64,000 bases of DNA from Antedon mediterranea (lineage: Eukaryota; Animalia; Echinodermata): the NCBI RefSeq assembly GCF_964355755.1, contig NC_092677.1, positions 10,500,101-10,564,100 of the forward strand, in the 5' to 3' direction. The notes under the pieces were generated by a model, which saw only the letters and a program-made list of their open reading frames with translations, was not told the DNA's origin and did not search any database. Of the stretch, positions 12,201-24,830 are shown in pieces. The position numbers were made by a program, and so were the translations under genes. The stretch's first letter is position 1. Every line of letters starts with the position of its first letter.

Positions 12201-15200
12201 ATGGCAGATAACCGTAAGTCAAGAGTAATTTTTATTTTCTGATCATTCATAATAAGGCAAAATGAAATTATATTGCCATAGAGTCGATGCTGCCATTTTA
12301 GAACTTATTGAATAGTCATGTAACATCTGTTATAGTACATGATTTGCGCAATTTGAAAATTACACAAGAATTTTCTTGCGTAATTTGTTAATTTTGCAAT
12401 TGCGCCTTTTTGATTAATACCTATTCTATATACCTCCATGATAAGACATAACAATAATAAAGTGTATTGTTGACGTTGCCAATACAAAATAATGCATTAT
12501 ACTAAAGAAAACTTTAAATTACATGCATGGTTGACTGCCAATAGCTTGATTAATTTGCTATTTAAATAATAATTATTATTTCTGCCAGATTATTTATAAT
12601 TTATTCATCTTGATGGGTAAAAATTACTTTTATTAGAAAATGACAAAAGTCGAAAAGATATGTCTGCATTCTGGGAACAACATTCCAAAGAGGCGTCATT
12701 GGAAGAAATGTTTCTGGACTCACAAGCAAAGGAAATTAGTAAAATGGAGGAGAGAGAGATTCTTACCCTGATGTGTGATGTTAAGAAGAAAGATGTTTTG
12801 GAATTGGGAAGTGGAATAGGGTATGTATCAATCATTTTTTAAAATATTAGTGACACATTTTAAGTATTTTTTTCATATTCATTTATTTATCAACAGTTTT
12901 CAACATTTCGAACATAACTTTATCAATCAAAATAAACTAACTATTGACAGGGTAAAACTAGGAGGCAGTGCCTTGTTTCCATGGGGACCCTATGGACAAA
13001 ACAAACGAAATACAACAAGTGAAACTAACATAATATGACTTAATTTTCCATTATGGTAAACTTTTTAAAGAGGTAAACTGTCGAATTTGTTGACGAGTTA
13101 CAATAATAAAAAACTAGCTTCTACAAAGCTTCTACACATTTAAACTGATATTCCTTAGATTATATATTTTTTCACTGTTTTCACAGACGATTCACCGGAA
13201 CGTTAGCTAAAGATGCTAATCATGTGACCAGCCTTGACTTTATGGAACCATTTGTTAGGAAGAACAAGGAGACAAATGGTCACTTGAAAAACATCACATT
13301 TGTGACAGCTGATGTTACTAAACAACACTTTGAACCAAAGAGGTAGAGTATGTTGCCTTTTAAGTAAAAGGTTGGTGGTTGTTGTATAGTCTAGAGTGTG
13401 TTAATATTGCTACAGACTTTAGGAAAGTCAAGCAGACAGACTGGGGCACTGCCACCACAGCCATAACAGTTTCAAGTCACTCCTCGACCATAATTGATAA
13501 TTCTGGTTGTAGATCAAGGCTTCATGTAAAACATAAGCACTTAAAACTGAAGTTCTGACTTGTGTGCACTTTAAATAGCCAGTAAATTTTTAGAAAAGAA
13601 TAGGTGGTTACAATGTTGATGCTGATTCATCTCAGTCCCTGTCACTTAATAATACAGTACAAAGGGAACGAAACTGTAAACTAACTACGCTTTTCCCCCC
13701 AGTTTTGATGTGGTTTTCAGTAACTGGTTACTAATGTATCTCAGTGATGCTGAAGTTAATGAGCTCATAATAAATATAATCAAGTGGATAAAACCTGGTG
13801 GAAAGGTCTTTTTTAGAGAGTCTTGTTTTAGACAATCAGGTAGGTTTAAACTGTTGCCTACAGTGTGTAGTCAGAATAGGCCTATGGCCGCAAATCGCAT
13901 TTCCGGCTATTCTCTTTTGTTTATGAACTATATTGTTGGTGTAATTTCCAGCCCACAAATTTCAATTGCCGACCTTAATATTGCCGACCTTATATTGTCA
14001 GAGGACGGCATTCTCTTGCCGACCGAAATTAGGCTAGATCCCTCCTCCTTTCAAGCCTCCTAGCAACAACATGGTACATTAGGGATCGTATCATTGAGAC
14101 TTTAACAGGCATATTCACCATCATGTGGTGTTTAGGTAAAAAACCATGGAATTAAGATGATTCCTGAATTCACTCAACCATTGCATCTTGCACTTGCGTC
14201 CGTGTGAGCTGCATGCTTTCTCTATCAAGTAGCTGGCTGGGCACGTCACACACGCACGCGGAGACCTGTGTAGGGGAATACCCTGTTATGTCAACCAAAC
14301 AACAACTATGCTCTGTGTACAGCTCGCTAGCTCCAGAACCACGATGTTCAGCAGTTATCAAATAGAACTTATCTTGTAAATTTTAGTGTTAGGTTTTTAT
14401 ATTTTAGTTAAATTTATTAAGGCTTGACTAGGCCTGTAGTGAACAATCGTCGTGTTGTGTTAGTATGCCCAGCAAAAAAAAAGTGGGAGGCCAAGCGGAA
14501 CTCGCTGTTCAGCGGGGGGATCGTACGATCCCCCGATCCCCCCCTGGTTACGGGCCTGTAAAGGGCAGTTGTGGATCCAGGGGGCGGGGGGTAGTTTGTG
14601 GAAGGTTGGTTATGCCTAAAAATGGTAAAATGAAGTGATGTTTTTGTTCTATCTTTTACATTGTAAATTTCGAAATTTCCTTGGATCCACTTTTGAGTGG
14701 TTGTACAGATGAACGACAACCCTGTGTCGATCTGGCCCTCTTGATCTTGAAGAAATAAACATCTAAATATAGTTTTTATTTTGACAACCAACAGGCAATA
14801 CCAAACGAGACTTCAATCCGACCAATTACCGTTCACCGTCAACGTACTGTGCAATGCTTCAACTAGCTAAGGCTGAAACTCCTGCGATGGGGCTAGATAT
14901 TTTGTTTTGTAGAAACATTAAAGCTTACATTGAGGTAATTTTTCATTTCATTTTCTCATTAGAAATAGTTTGATGTTAACAGTAAGAATTGTTTTATTTT
15001 AAATTTAAAAATATGTTTTAAAATTTAAACCTTGTTTATAGAGGAAATCCGTAAACAGCATATGCTGACAATTAAATGGCCCTCACATAAGTAGATAAAA
15101 CAAATTTATCTGTTTTGCTTTAGTTGAAAAAAAATCACCATCAATGTTGCTGGTTGCTGCAGAAAGTTTCTAGAACTACTAGTCACCAAGGTTACGACAC

Positions 15201-18200
15201 TTTCCAGCAGTTTTTAGACAACAAACAGTATACAAAGAATGGTGTTTTAAGATATGAGCGAATATTTGGAGCTGGTTATATCAGTACTGGCGGACAGGAG
15301 ACAACAAAGGTAAGAGGTTAATATTAGGTTACCTAAACTGGTGATGCGGAACAATGGCATTCAATATGTTTAATTTATTTATTTTTTTTTTATTTATTTA
15401 TTTATTACGGTATATATAAAATTACAAAAACAATAGCACATAGCTAATAACGTTTGTATTACAATAAAAAATATTGAAATGAAATCTATAAAAACTACAA
15501 TAATAAATTCGGAATATACAATTACAAAATTTCACAATTATTCACTAAAATTAAAATATTAAGAATCTTAAAATATATACACAATTTTGGAAAATACAAT
15601 TGCACTTTTATTTAAAAAAAAACGAAAAATTTACATTATAATATACTAAAGTAAAACCTATCTGCACTGTTCTTTATTTGATTATTATTATTATTATCTT
15701 TCAGTATAGGTGGCAACATTGCACAATTATTCACTAAAATATTCACAACATTAAAAATCTACAAAAATATATTAAATTTCGGAAAATAAAAGTTTACAGT
15801 ATATATTAATATTAAACGTTGTCTGCAGTGCTCTTCATTTGATTATTTTAGGCGGTAATATTGCACAATCATTTATTATATATTTTTTTAATTTAATTTT
15901 TCACAGGAGGAATTTAATTTGTTTATAATATAGGGAATCGTTGAATTTTTATATCGGTTAGTTTTTATTCTAGGTAATGTAAATCTATTGGGGTTACGTA
16001 ATCTAGATATATTAGGTCTTTCAGCAGGCAGCATATTACGATGTCTCTCTGACTTAAGGATACCTTCTCCAAATTTTAATGTTAATTTTTCTCTACGTTC
16101 AGCAAGGCTGGTAATTTTAAGTTGAGTAAGGGCCGTATCATAGCTCTCATAGTCCTGGCCAAGTATAATTTTGCATGCTCGCTTTTGCAACCTCTCAATT
16201 TCATTGGTCTGATGTTTTGTAATGCTAGAGTGCCAAACAACACATGCATACTCAGTCAGCGGCCGAATATAGAGTTGATAAATACTTAACATGTCACCAA
16301 TAGGTGCACTATATCCTCTCAATGCATAAAGAAGAAACATTCTTCTACTTGCTCTAGAGATAATATTTTTGATTTGGATATCCCAACCTAAATTGTCTTG
16401 TAGCTCAAGACCTAATAATTTCATACTATGTACAGTATCAATTTTTTCACCACTTATAGTAAATTGGGGGTAGTTTATTTGGGATTTCATAAAATTTATA
16501 TTAATAACATGGCACTTCGAAGGCTTGGGTAGCATGTCATTTTGTTTACACCAACAACTCAAGGAATCTAAATGGGATTGAAGTTCTGATGATGTACTAT
16601 TATTTTTTATATCAATTATTTCTCCCAGTGTTAGATCATCCACAAATTTCCAACGATTATCAGTGGTGTTACCCGCATCATTCACCATAACAGTAAATAT
16701 GCTGGGTCCCAGTTTGGTACCCTGGGGGACCCCACACGTTATAGTTCTTAGTCCAGAACAATGTCCCTTAAATTTCACACACTGGGTGCGATTCATCAGA
16801 AAACTGCTAATCGTTGGAATTATCGACGGTCTAACACCAGATTCTATCATCTTTGAAATAGCAACATTATGGTTTATCCTATCAAACGCAGTTGTGAAAT
16901 CAACTGTACATAATGTGGCGTAGGTCCCTGGCACATCAATATTGGATATAACCGTATTCAACATATCTACTAAGTAGTGTGTTGTACTAGTTCCTCTCAC
17001 GTTACCATACTGTTTACAATCCAATACTGGTTCGAAATCCGTTTTTAACCATCCCGCTAGGAATGATTCAAATACTCTACCCAATATTTTAGTTAGTGAA
17101 ATAGGTCGTAATTGGCCAACCATTGTCGGTTTTTTAACTTTAGGTACTGGTACAATTGATGCGGTCTTCCACACAGTTGGAAACACCCCTTCGTTTAGAC
17201 AGGTATTAAAGATTAAAAACAGGGGTTGTGCTATTTCAAAAGAAAACAGCTTAATGAGTTTCACCGGAATATCATCTGGGTGGCCAGATTTATTGGAGTT
17301 TAATTTCTTTAAACTCTTCCAAATTTCTCCATGGTATATTTTGGGGGGTGGTTTTGTAGGCAAGTACGAGGGAAGTGTTTCCAATCTGAGTGGTGGAAGC
17401 TGGCAACATACTCTTGAGAAATGTTCATTAATTTGTTCAGCCTGTTCTTCAACAGATTCACCATAGTTATTTAATTTAACATTGTCTGACTTATTGTTAT
17501 ATCCTGTAATGTTTTTAATTGTTTTATTCCATTTACCGGGTTGTGCATTTTTTAGTCCTTCTATATTATCCTTATAATGTTTCTCTTTAGCTTTGTTAAT
17601 TTCATACTTTACTTTGTTTCTTAGGCTTCGCCATAAATTTATATTATTAGATCTATATGCCTTTTGTCGCTCATCAATCAATTTATGTATGCGATAGTTC
17701 ATCCACGGCTTTTCATTATTTCGTCGTCGAATTACTTTTTGCGGAAAATGTTCTTCGTATTTTTGTTTTAGTATATTTTCAAGGATTTCTGCCATTTTCT
17801 CTCCTGATTCTGCCAAATACACCTCCTCCCATGATTCCTGAGTTATCCATTGGCCCATCGATCGAATACAAGATTCTCTGAATGGCCTTGTGATCAAGGC
17901 TTTTGAGGTAGGCTTGCGAATTTGATTTAAAGGCTTCCAAATGATTACACAGTGGTCACTCTTGCCCAATGGACTGTGTTTTATGGGTGTTTTGTAAACA
18001 TTATCAACATCAGTGACAATTTTGTCCAGGCAATTTTGTTTGCGAGTTGGGAAAAGAACGACTTGTTTAAGTAAGAGATGGTTTTCTAAATCATCAGTAT
18101 CAAATTCATTGAAGTCGCCTAGTATAATAAATGCTGCTTTATTATGTGTTCCTCGAATCTTATCCACTGTTGTAACAATGTGGTCAGAAAGCAGCATTGC

Positions 18201-21053
18201 ATGGTTGCACCTCGGAGGGTAATACACAGCGCATATACATAAGATTGATCCAATACAAGATGGTACTTTAACCTGGATCCACACCACCTCAAGATTTTCG
18301 GGTATCACAGCTTCAGTAATGCTTGCAGATTCTATATGATTACGAATGTATACTGCTACACCACCTCCTTTTTTATTTGCCCGATCTTTACGGTATACTT
18401 CATATTCACATAATTTAAATTTTCCAGATTTTGAACACATATGTTAGTAGCTTTCTATACATGTTTAATCACCAAATCAAAATATAAATGTTTTACTCAG
18501 ATAACAATTATCTTTTATTTAAAGGCAAATTAGGCAATGCAAATACAGATTTAAAAAAAAGCTAAATCAAAATGGTAATGTTAAATCAGGGAGGTATAAA
18601 ATAATACCTCCATGGTTAAACTGCCAGAAAGAAGTTCCGATCTTTTGGAAAACATTACAATATATAATGATTTTCTTTTTAAAAATCTTTTAGGAATTTG
18701 TTGCTACGTTGAATCTGAAGCCTGGACAGAGAGTGTTAGATGTAGGTTCTGGTATTGGTGGAGGGGATTTTTATATGGAAAAGGTAAATTAATGAGACTT
18801 AATTGTTTCTGTAGATTTTCTTTAAATTCTGTATAATTATGTATCATTTCCTTTCTCTGATTAATAAATAGATAATTATTGATTAAAATTAAACGGTTTT
18901 ATGTTCATTTTAAATAAATTCGACTAAATACCTAAACGATAATTCATTTATTCTGTTCTTCTATTCTATTTTTTATTAAAATAAATATATTGTATTTTAC
19001 CTAGAAATATGGTGCTGAAGTGTTTGGCATTGACTTATCAGCTAATGTTGTAGAAATTGCTATGGAACGCTCTCCAGCAGACACAAAGGTATTAATATTA
19101 GATGCTATATATACCTATTGATTTAGAATCAATAATGTGTATTTACAGTACACAAAATGAATGTTTATGAGTTGAAAGATTGACTGTTCTACTATACAGT
19201 AGGCCTACAGTGATTAAGTTCGCTTTTTGAAAATCCTTGGCATTTTACTTTTTTTTTTTTCGATTTCATATAATAAATCAAATCAAAAGGCAACTTTCTG
19301 ATTTTGTAAGCAGAGTAAAACTGTTATAGATGGCGCACACTAATAGTTGGTTTTCTCCCAAAACTAAAAACCTGATATTCCAACATTTTCAGTTGTCTCT
19401 TATATGCTATTTAAAATAAATTGTGAAAATGAATGGTGAGTGCCTCGGACAGAGAACAATTTCATCAATGTAGTATAGTAAATAGCTATACAAAACTTAC
19501 TTACCTTACTGCTAAACATTTAAAATTGTACAATAGCAACAAATATTAGACAAACAAACAAAAACTATGTTCACTAAAAATTTAAAATGACTATTATTAC
19601 AGATTTGTTTGAGAGTATCTATAGTTATTTGATATGTTGTTTTGGTATATTTTAGGTCCAGTTTCAGATCTGTGATGTGACAACAATACAGTTTGAATCA
19701 GAGAGTTTTGATGTTGTATACAGTAGAGATACCTTGCTACATATACCGGATAAGTTTGCAGTCTTTAAGCAATTTTTTGTGAGTTTAAAACTCTGTCTGT
19801 ACACTATCAAACTAACAAAAAAAGTGTGATGTGCCCAAATATGGTAGTAATATGCCCAAATGTGGTATTAATCATCATCATGTTCATATATGGGCACACA
19901 TTTTTTGATAGTGTAGACAGAGCTTAAGAAATGGTATTATAATATTTCACTTGATAATACTTTAGCATTATTAACGATAATATTAATAAAATAAATGATA
20001 ATTATTTTAAAATTTGTAATGCTAATACTATGATAATAATAACTACAATGAATATGATTATCAAATGTTTTAGAATTGTTTTGTTCTTTTTTAAGCATAT
20101 TGTGTGTAAATATTGTCGTATTGGTCATGTAATACATAGTCTACTCACTTTAAAACTAATATATTTTCACTTGCGTTGAGTCTACACATTAGGTCATGTA
20201 TCGATTTTCTTTCAAATTCATAACATTTTTTGTTTTTTCGCATTACAATGTCTTTTTAGAAATGGATGAAACCTGGTGGAAAACTATTTATATCAGATTA
20301 TTGCCATGGTGACTGTGAACATTCCGATAAATTTAAATCATATGTAGCTCAGCGAGGTTATGTTCTGCATACAGTTAAACGATACGGAAAGGTATTTAAA
20401 TGAATTTAAACACAAATTATATTATATTAGTTATATACTGGCACTTTTCAATTCACGGCATCTGATTGGTTAATAGCCGTTGTATAGTTATTGCCTTTCC
20501 CTCAACTCTAAGTTTGCTAAAGAGGACATGCATGCAACATATACCGTATGTATGGTCTTTATACAGTAATACTGTACATTTAAGCTCTTACCTTAAAACC
20601 TCTATACTTGACATTCTCTTTGGACTTACGTATCTCCACCATACCGAGAATGACATCTTGCACCTGTAAATAATTAAAATTTTCTTTAGATGTTAGAAGA
20701 AACAGGTTTTGTCAATGTGAAAGCAGATGATCGTTCAAAACAATTTATTAGAATTTTGAAACAAGAGAAGGCACAAACAGAGACTGCTAAAAATATGTTT
20801 ATAAAGGTAAGGAAAAGAAAGCTACTGTACGTATGTTGCTCTATTATCATTATCTATCAAAGAGCATTAAAAGCAGTTTCCGAATGATCATCCTCTTAAA
20901 AACCTAAAATTTCTAACCCACTTTTAATTTTTACATTAGGATTTTTCTGAAGCTGATTACAATGATATTGTTGGTGGATGGACTGAGAAGTTAGGACGAG
21001 TGGAGCTTGGAGATCAAGCATGGGGCACATTTTATGCCGAAAAACCACTTTAA
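12201..21053 (+). CDS. pmt: Phosphoethanolamine N-methyltransferase, bipartite type (two SAM-dependent methyltransferase domains), 12 coding exons
   Basis: Exons 12201-12213, 12637-12820, 13187-13342, 13703-13839, 14795-14934, 15124-15309, 18694-18783, 19005-19088, 19656-19778, 20260-20391, 20690-20806, 20940-21053; phases join in frame. Motifs: [119 protein letters not shown]. Confidence 0.94.
14500..14697. mobile_element. Fragments of GC-rich hAT-like non-autonomous elements in pmt intron 4
   Basis: End motif CCCCTGGTTACGGGCCTG (~14540-14558, like the ends of 60644-61710), followed by the inverted pair CAGTTGTGGATCCAGG...CCTTGGATCCACTTTTG. Confidence 0.4.
15371..18438 (-). mobile_element. 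5'-truncated non-LTR retrotransposon (CR1/L2-group LINE) in pmt intron 6, antisense to the host gene
   Basis: ORF2 below, ~500-bp AT-rich 3' UTR ending in an (AATA)n/A-rich tail at ~15372-15407, candidate 7-bp TSD ATATGTT at 15364-15370 and 18439-18445. Confidence 0.85.
15888..18440 (-). CDS. LINE ORF2: partial APE endonuclease plus reverse transcriptase (850 aa, uninterrupted)
   Basis: APE motifs YRKDR..GGGVAVY, YYPP, ILGDFN, LDKI, SDH; RT motifs [39 protein letters not shown]. Confidence 0.92.
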   Translation of the reverse strand: MCSKSGKFKLCEYEVYRKDRANKKGGGVAVYIRNHIESASITEAVIPENLEVVWIQVKVPSCIGSILCICAVYYPPRCNHAMLLSDHIVTTVDKIRGTHNKAAFIILGDFNEFDTDDLENHLLLKQVVLFPTRKQNCLDKIVTDVDNVYKTPIKHSPLGKSDHCVIIWKPLNQIRKPTSKALITRPFRESCIRSMGQWITQESWEEVYLAESGEKMAEILENILKQKYEEHFPQKVIRRRNNEKPWMNYRIHKLIDERQKAYRSNNINLWRSLRNKVKYEINKAKEKHYKDNIEGLKNAQPGKWNKTIKNITGYNNKSDNVKLNNYGESVEEQAEQINEHFSRVCCQLPPLRLETLPSYLPTKPPPKIYHGEIWKSLKKLNSNKSGHPDDIPVKLIKLFSFEIAQPLFLIFNTCLNEGVFPTVWKTASIVPVPKVKKPTMVGQLRPISLTKILGRVFESFLAGWLKTDFEPVLDCKQYGNVRGTSTTHYLVDMLNTVISNIDVPGTYATLCTVDFTTAFDRINHNVAISKMIESGVRPSIIPTISSFLMNRTQCVKFKGHCSGLRTITCGVPQGTKLGPSIFTVMVNDAGNTTDNRWKFVDDLTLGEIIDIKNNSTSSELQSHLDSLSCWCKQNDMLPKPSKCHVININFMKSQINYPQFTISGEKIDTVHSMKLLGLELQDNLGWDIQIKNIISRASRRMFLLYALRGYSAPIGDMLSIYQLYIRPLTEYACVVWHSSITKHQTNEIERLQKRACKIILGQDYESYDTALTQLKITSLAERREKLTLKFGEGILKSERHRNMLPAERPNISRLRNPNRFTLPRIKTNRYKNSTIPYIINKLNSSCEKLN
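19789..19924. mobile_element. ~140-bp MITE family copy (PIF/Harbinger-like)
   Basis: CTCTGTCTGTACACTATCAAA...TTTGATAGTGTAGACAGAGCT followed by TAA. Confidence 0.7.
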
Positions 21054-21551
21054 AGTTGGAATAGAAGTTGAGACACAGTTGACTGCATTAGCCCATTTTA
21101 AAATAAAATAAAATCATTTTATAAATCAGCAAAAAATATTTGTATATTGTAAATTACTTGCTGACGACGTTGTCTTCCAGTTCCAGTTATTCTCTTTATA
21201 GTTTCTATGAAACTACTTACCTACTAGACCATTTTGTAATGGTCAGATTTTAGATTGTCTACCTTGCTTAATGTGAATTTATTTTATCCACAATTTTAAT
21301 ACTATAAATAAAATATGTGACATACAAAAATGTGTATTTTCACATTTAAATAATATTAAATTATAGCAGCCTGGATTTCTTTAAATACAGTAAAATTTCA
21401 AAAGCCTAAAATTAAATTACATTCATAAATATATACATTTGATTTTCTGGTGCGCATGCATACAATTGAGGGACTAGTGCTGTTCCGTCATACCACGCCG
21501 AAAGTGTTTAACGTGTCACTCAATCCAATCGAGTTTGAACAATACCATGAA

Positions 21552-21612
21552 AGCCCAGTGGTATAATGGTTAGGAAATCTGCATATTCCAGGTTTGAATC
21601 TCGATTGGGGCA
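21552..21612 (+). mobile_element. Degenerate tRNA-derived SINE head
   Basis: A-box-like GTGGTATAATGG and B-box-like GGTTTGAATC; no complete cloverleaf. Confidence 0.35.
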
Positions 21613-23253
21613 ACTTTTTCTCATTCTCACAGATTTCCTCATCTTATCATTCCAAATTAATTAATACATTTTCAGTATATCAGATATAGTAGAATTTGTT
21701 CTGTGCCTGTGGTATATTTATATATAATTATATACATACAATATTTTAAAATTATTTTTAACAAATATAGACTGATTGTATTAAAAGATTATTTCACAAA
21801 AAATACAATTATATACAGTACATACAATATTTAAAATTATAAAAAAAAAAAATATAGAATGATTGTATTAAAAGCGTATTTCACAAACAATACAATTTTA
21901 TTTAAATGTTTATTGCAAGTTGAAACATGTTGTCCTTTGTATTAGGACCAAGGTGTTGTCGTTATTTAATGGTCATTGCCAGCCATGTTTCAATAATTCT
22001 CGATAAAATAATATTACCACAAATAGTGTTTGTAAAAGAGCATTTATAAATGGAGTTTCTAAAGCAGTTACTGTATGAAAAAGTGTCAATGTTTATATCA
22101 AGTAAATTTCTTGAATCTGGGACCAATTTGGACTAAACTCTGGCTTCAGATGATTTTATAGTCAATGATTACATTTTTTAGAAAATGTTACAATGCTGGT
22201 TAATAAATGTTCATTGTGAACTTATATTACTTGTATACTTTTATCATTGGTGTCACTTGCTGTTTGCTCGATGGTAGATTGAATTTTTTTTAAAATCATG
22301 GATGTATGTTGATTCATTTTCTTATAAATATCAGTCTATATATATTATAGAAGGTGATAGGAAACATCAGATTCTAGAACCATTAGTTAATTACGCCTGG
22401 CTATATCGCAAGTCATGGGCTTTCACCACAGTCAGTTTCATCTCAGCTAGGCCCACCCAAACCCATCCGATTTTCAAGTTTTACCAGGCCATCCTAAGTC
22501 TTTTGGCTGGGTTCTATAAATGTAGCGTGACAGCCGAAGGCCTACATATTATGTCTGGGAGATGGATGATTAATTATTTTGTAAAAGACTTACTTACGTA
22601 TTAGGTCATGTCCTGATTTATGAAAGCAAAAGAAATTCAATACTCTTTAAGGTGAAACAAAATGACTTTATACAAAAAACCACGGCAGGCGATCGTCGTG
22701 TGGTGGTGTTTGTGATTGGTCAGTAGTTCAATAGCAGGATGTACCAATACACATGTGCATATTATGTGTTACCGTGACGATGGAGCGTTTCCTCCACTCA
22801 CGACCAGCCAGCGTGTGCTCTGGGCGTTTGCTCCTAGACCTAGAAATGCATTCCGATCCGTGATGGAAAGAATGTACAGTTGTATACTAGTAATCTTCTA
22901 TTACTCTCTAGTCACGAGCTAAATTAATGATACCCATATTTGTCAAATTACGTTATTTGAATAAATACAAAGTGGACTTACTAGTTACAATTAATTGGCA
23001 CTTTATGTTCCTGTTAATTTAGTCAAACAAATCAAATGAACTTCGAGGCGAATCGAATGGCCCTGTGACGATATCGCGGTAAAAATGAACAATGATTTTA
23101 CAGGCGTGAAAATAAATGAACCGTGAACATTTTAAATCAAAATATTTGCATAAAATTTAAGTGCAATTCATACTGCGTGGTGATTGCTTAGTTAAGGCAG
23201 AGGCAACTCAAACTGCTTTTCAAGTCATTTTGGTTTTCTTACGACCGAAAAAG

Positions 23254-24830
23254 GGTACTAGGACATTTTGCCGAATGCCATTTCGCCGACAGACATTTAG
23301 CCGACAGACATTTAGCCGACCGGACATTTAGTCGACAGGTTATTTGGTCGACAGGACATTTCGCCGACAGGACATTTTGCCGACTGGACATTTCGCCGAC
23401 AGGACAATTCGCCGACAAGACATTTTGCCGACAACTATTTCGCCGAAAGACGACAGACAACTGGCCGACAAGACATTTCGCCGACAACTATTTCGTCGAC
23501 ATAGGACATATTGTCGAATTGACATTACGAATTATTAACACTTACGTCTATGAAACAAATAAGCCTATGTTTTTTTTTTATTTTGTTTGGAATTCGTTGA
23601 TCTGCTACTCAGAAGTAAGGTATGACAAATTATAGCGTATTTATTCGAATAAATGCCCGGGTCGTTTGTTGTTCAGGAGCCGTTCAATCAAGGGAGGCCT
23701 TGATATGATATAATACGATAACATAATGACATTAAATTATCTAGATATAAAAAAAATACAACACAAATTTCAAGAAGAGATAAAAGGTTTAGGCCTATTA
23801 ATTACATGTGTCAGTAATTATTTATATTTATTTTTTATTCTCTTCATTATATTGACAGTATAGTAACACAGTAACACACACTTTAGGTTGGGTCTATTAT
23901 TTCACTAAATTAATGTCTAGAAAAGATCTTCGAATATTTTTATAATTAATATTTTATTTCTCTAAAATTGTCTTACCGGACGAGCCACAGTTTTAGCCAA
24001 CCACAAATTGATCTCTGTGGCATGTTCGTTTATTATCGGTTATTTATTCGCCTCCATGCAGCAGTTTCAATTTGCGTTTTCCGACGTCTTATAGATAGTC
24101 AGTATTAATAGGCGTAGAAAATTCTGTTAAACAAGTGGTTACTTGAAATTGTTAACATTATTTGTTTTTATTTTAAAACACTTTTTATGATACTTATATA
24201 GAACAATATTGATAAAATCTCAAATCGAAATAAAATTACAATTAATTGTTGTTTTTTTGTTTGCATTTTCTATTGACATTGGCTCATCAGACAGTTATCT
24301 AATGTTTTGAAATAGGAAAAATAAATTTAAGGTTTAAAAGAAATTTAATGAAACTGAATTTGAACCATTACCACTTCTAAGTGGCACAAACGTTTGTTTA
24401 AAAAGCGAAAGCACGTGTGAAGATATCGCACTTTTGTTTCCCATGGTAAGGAGGAAAGGATGAAATGTCCGCTCGCTTTTTAGAGACATTTTAGGTGAAG
24501 TTTCTTTAGTCCCTCAGTCCTAGTTTCTATTATTTATCAAGGTTTTTACTCTTCGATGATTTAGAATAGCAAATGTAATGTAAATGTATCCTCTGTAAAT
24601 GTGTCTTGTCGGCCAATAGTCTGTCGGTCAAATGTCTGTCGGCTAATTGTCTGTCGGCGAAATGGTTTTCGGCGAAATGTCCTGTCGGCGAAATGTCTTG
24701 TCGGCGAAATGTCTTGTAGGCGAAATGTCCTGTCGGCGAAATATCTGGTCGGCGAAATGTCCGGTCGGCGAATAGTCTGTCGGTCAGTTGTCTGTCGGCT
24801 AAATGGCGTTCGGCAAAATGTCCCGTTTCC
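23254..24830. mobile_element. Non-autonomous foldback/Mutator (MULE, Phantom-like) element with minisatellite TIRs
   Basis: Left arm 23254-~23520 of 15-16-bp repeats (GGACATTTCGCCGAC); inverted right arm ~24600-24830; aligned termini GGTACTAGGACATTTTGCCGAA and GGAAACGGGACATTTTGCCGAA (rc); perfect 9-bp TSD CCGAAAAAG at 23245-23253 and 24831-24839. Confidence 0.85.

Noticed and set aside
16663-18222. Plus-strand ORFs inside the LINE and 1224-1535 inside the Ig gene
   Set aside because: Antisense shadows of real coding sequence.
5875-21053. HERPUD-pmt adjacency as an ER-stress / membrane-lipid functional cluster
   Set aside because: Two tandem genes with separate upstream regions; nothing in the sequence supports co-regulation without synteny or expression data.
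21552-21612. tRNA gene
   Set aside because: Only degenerate A and B boxes, no cloverleaf; better explained as a SINE head (similar fragments near 32130, 35770, 37262).
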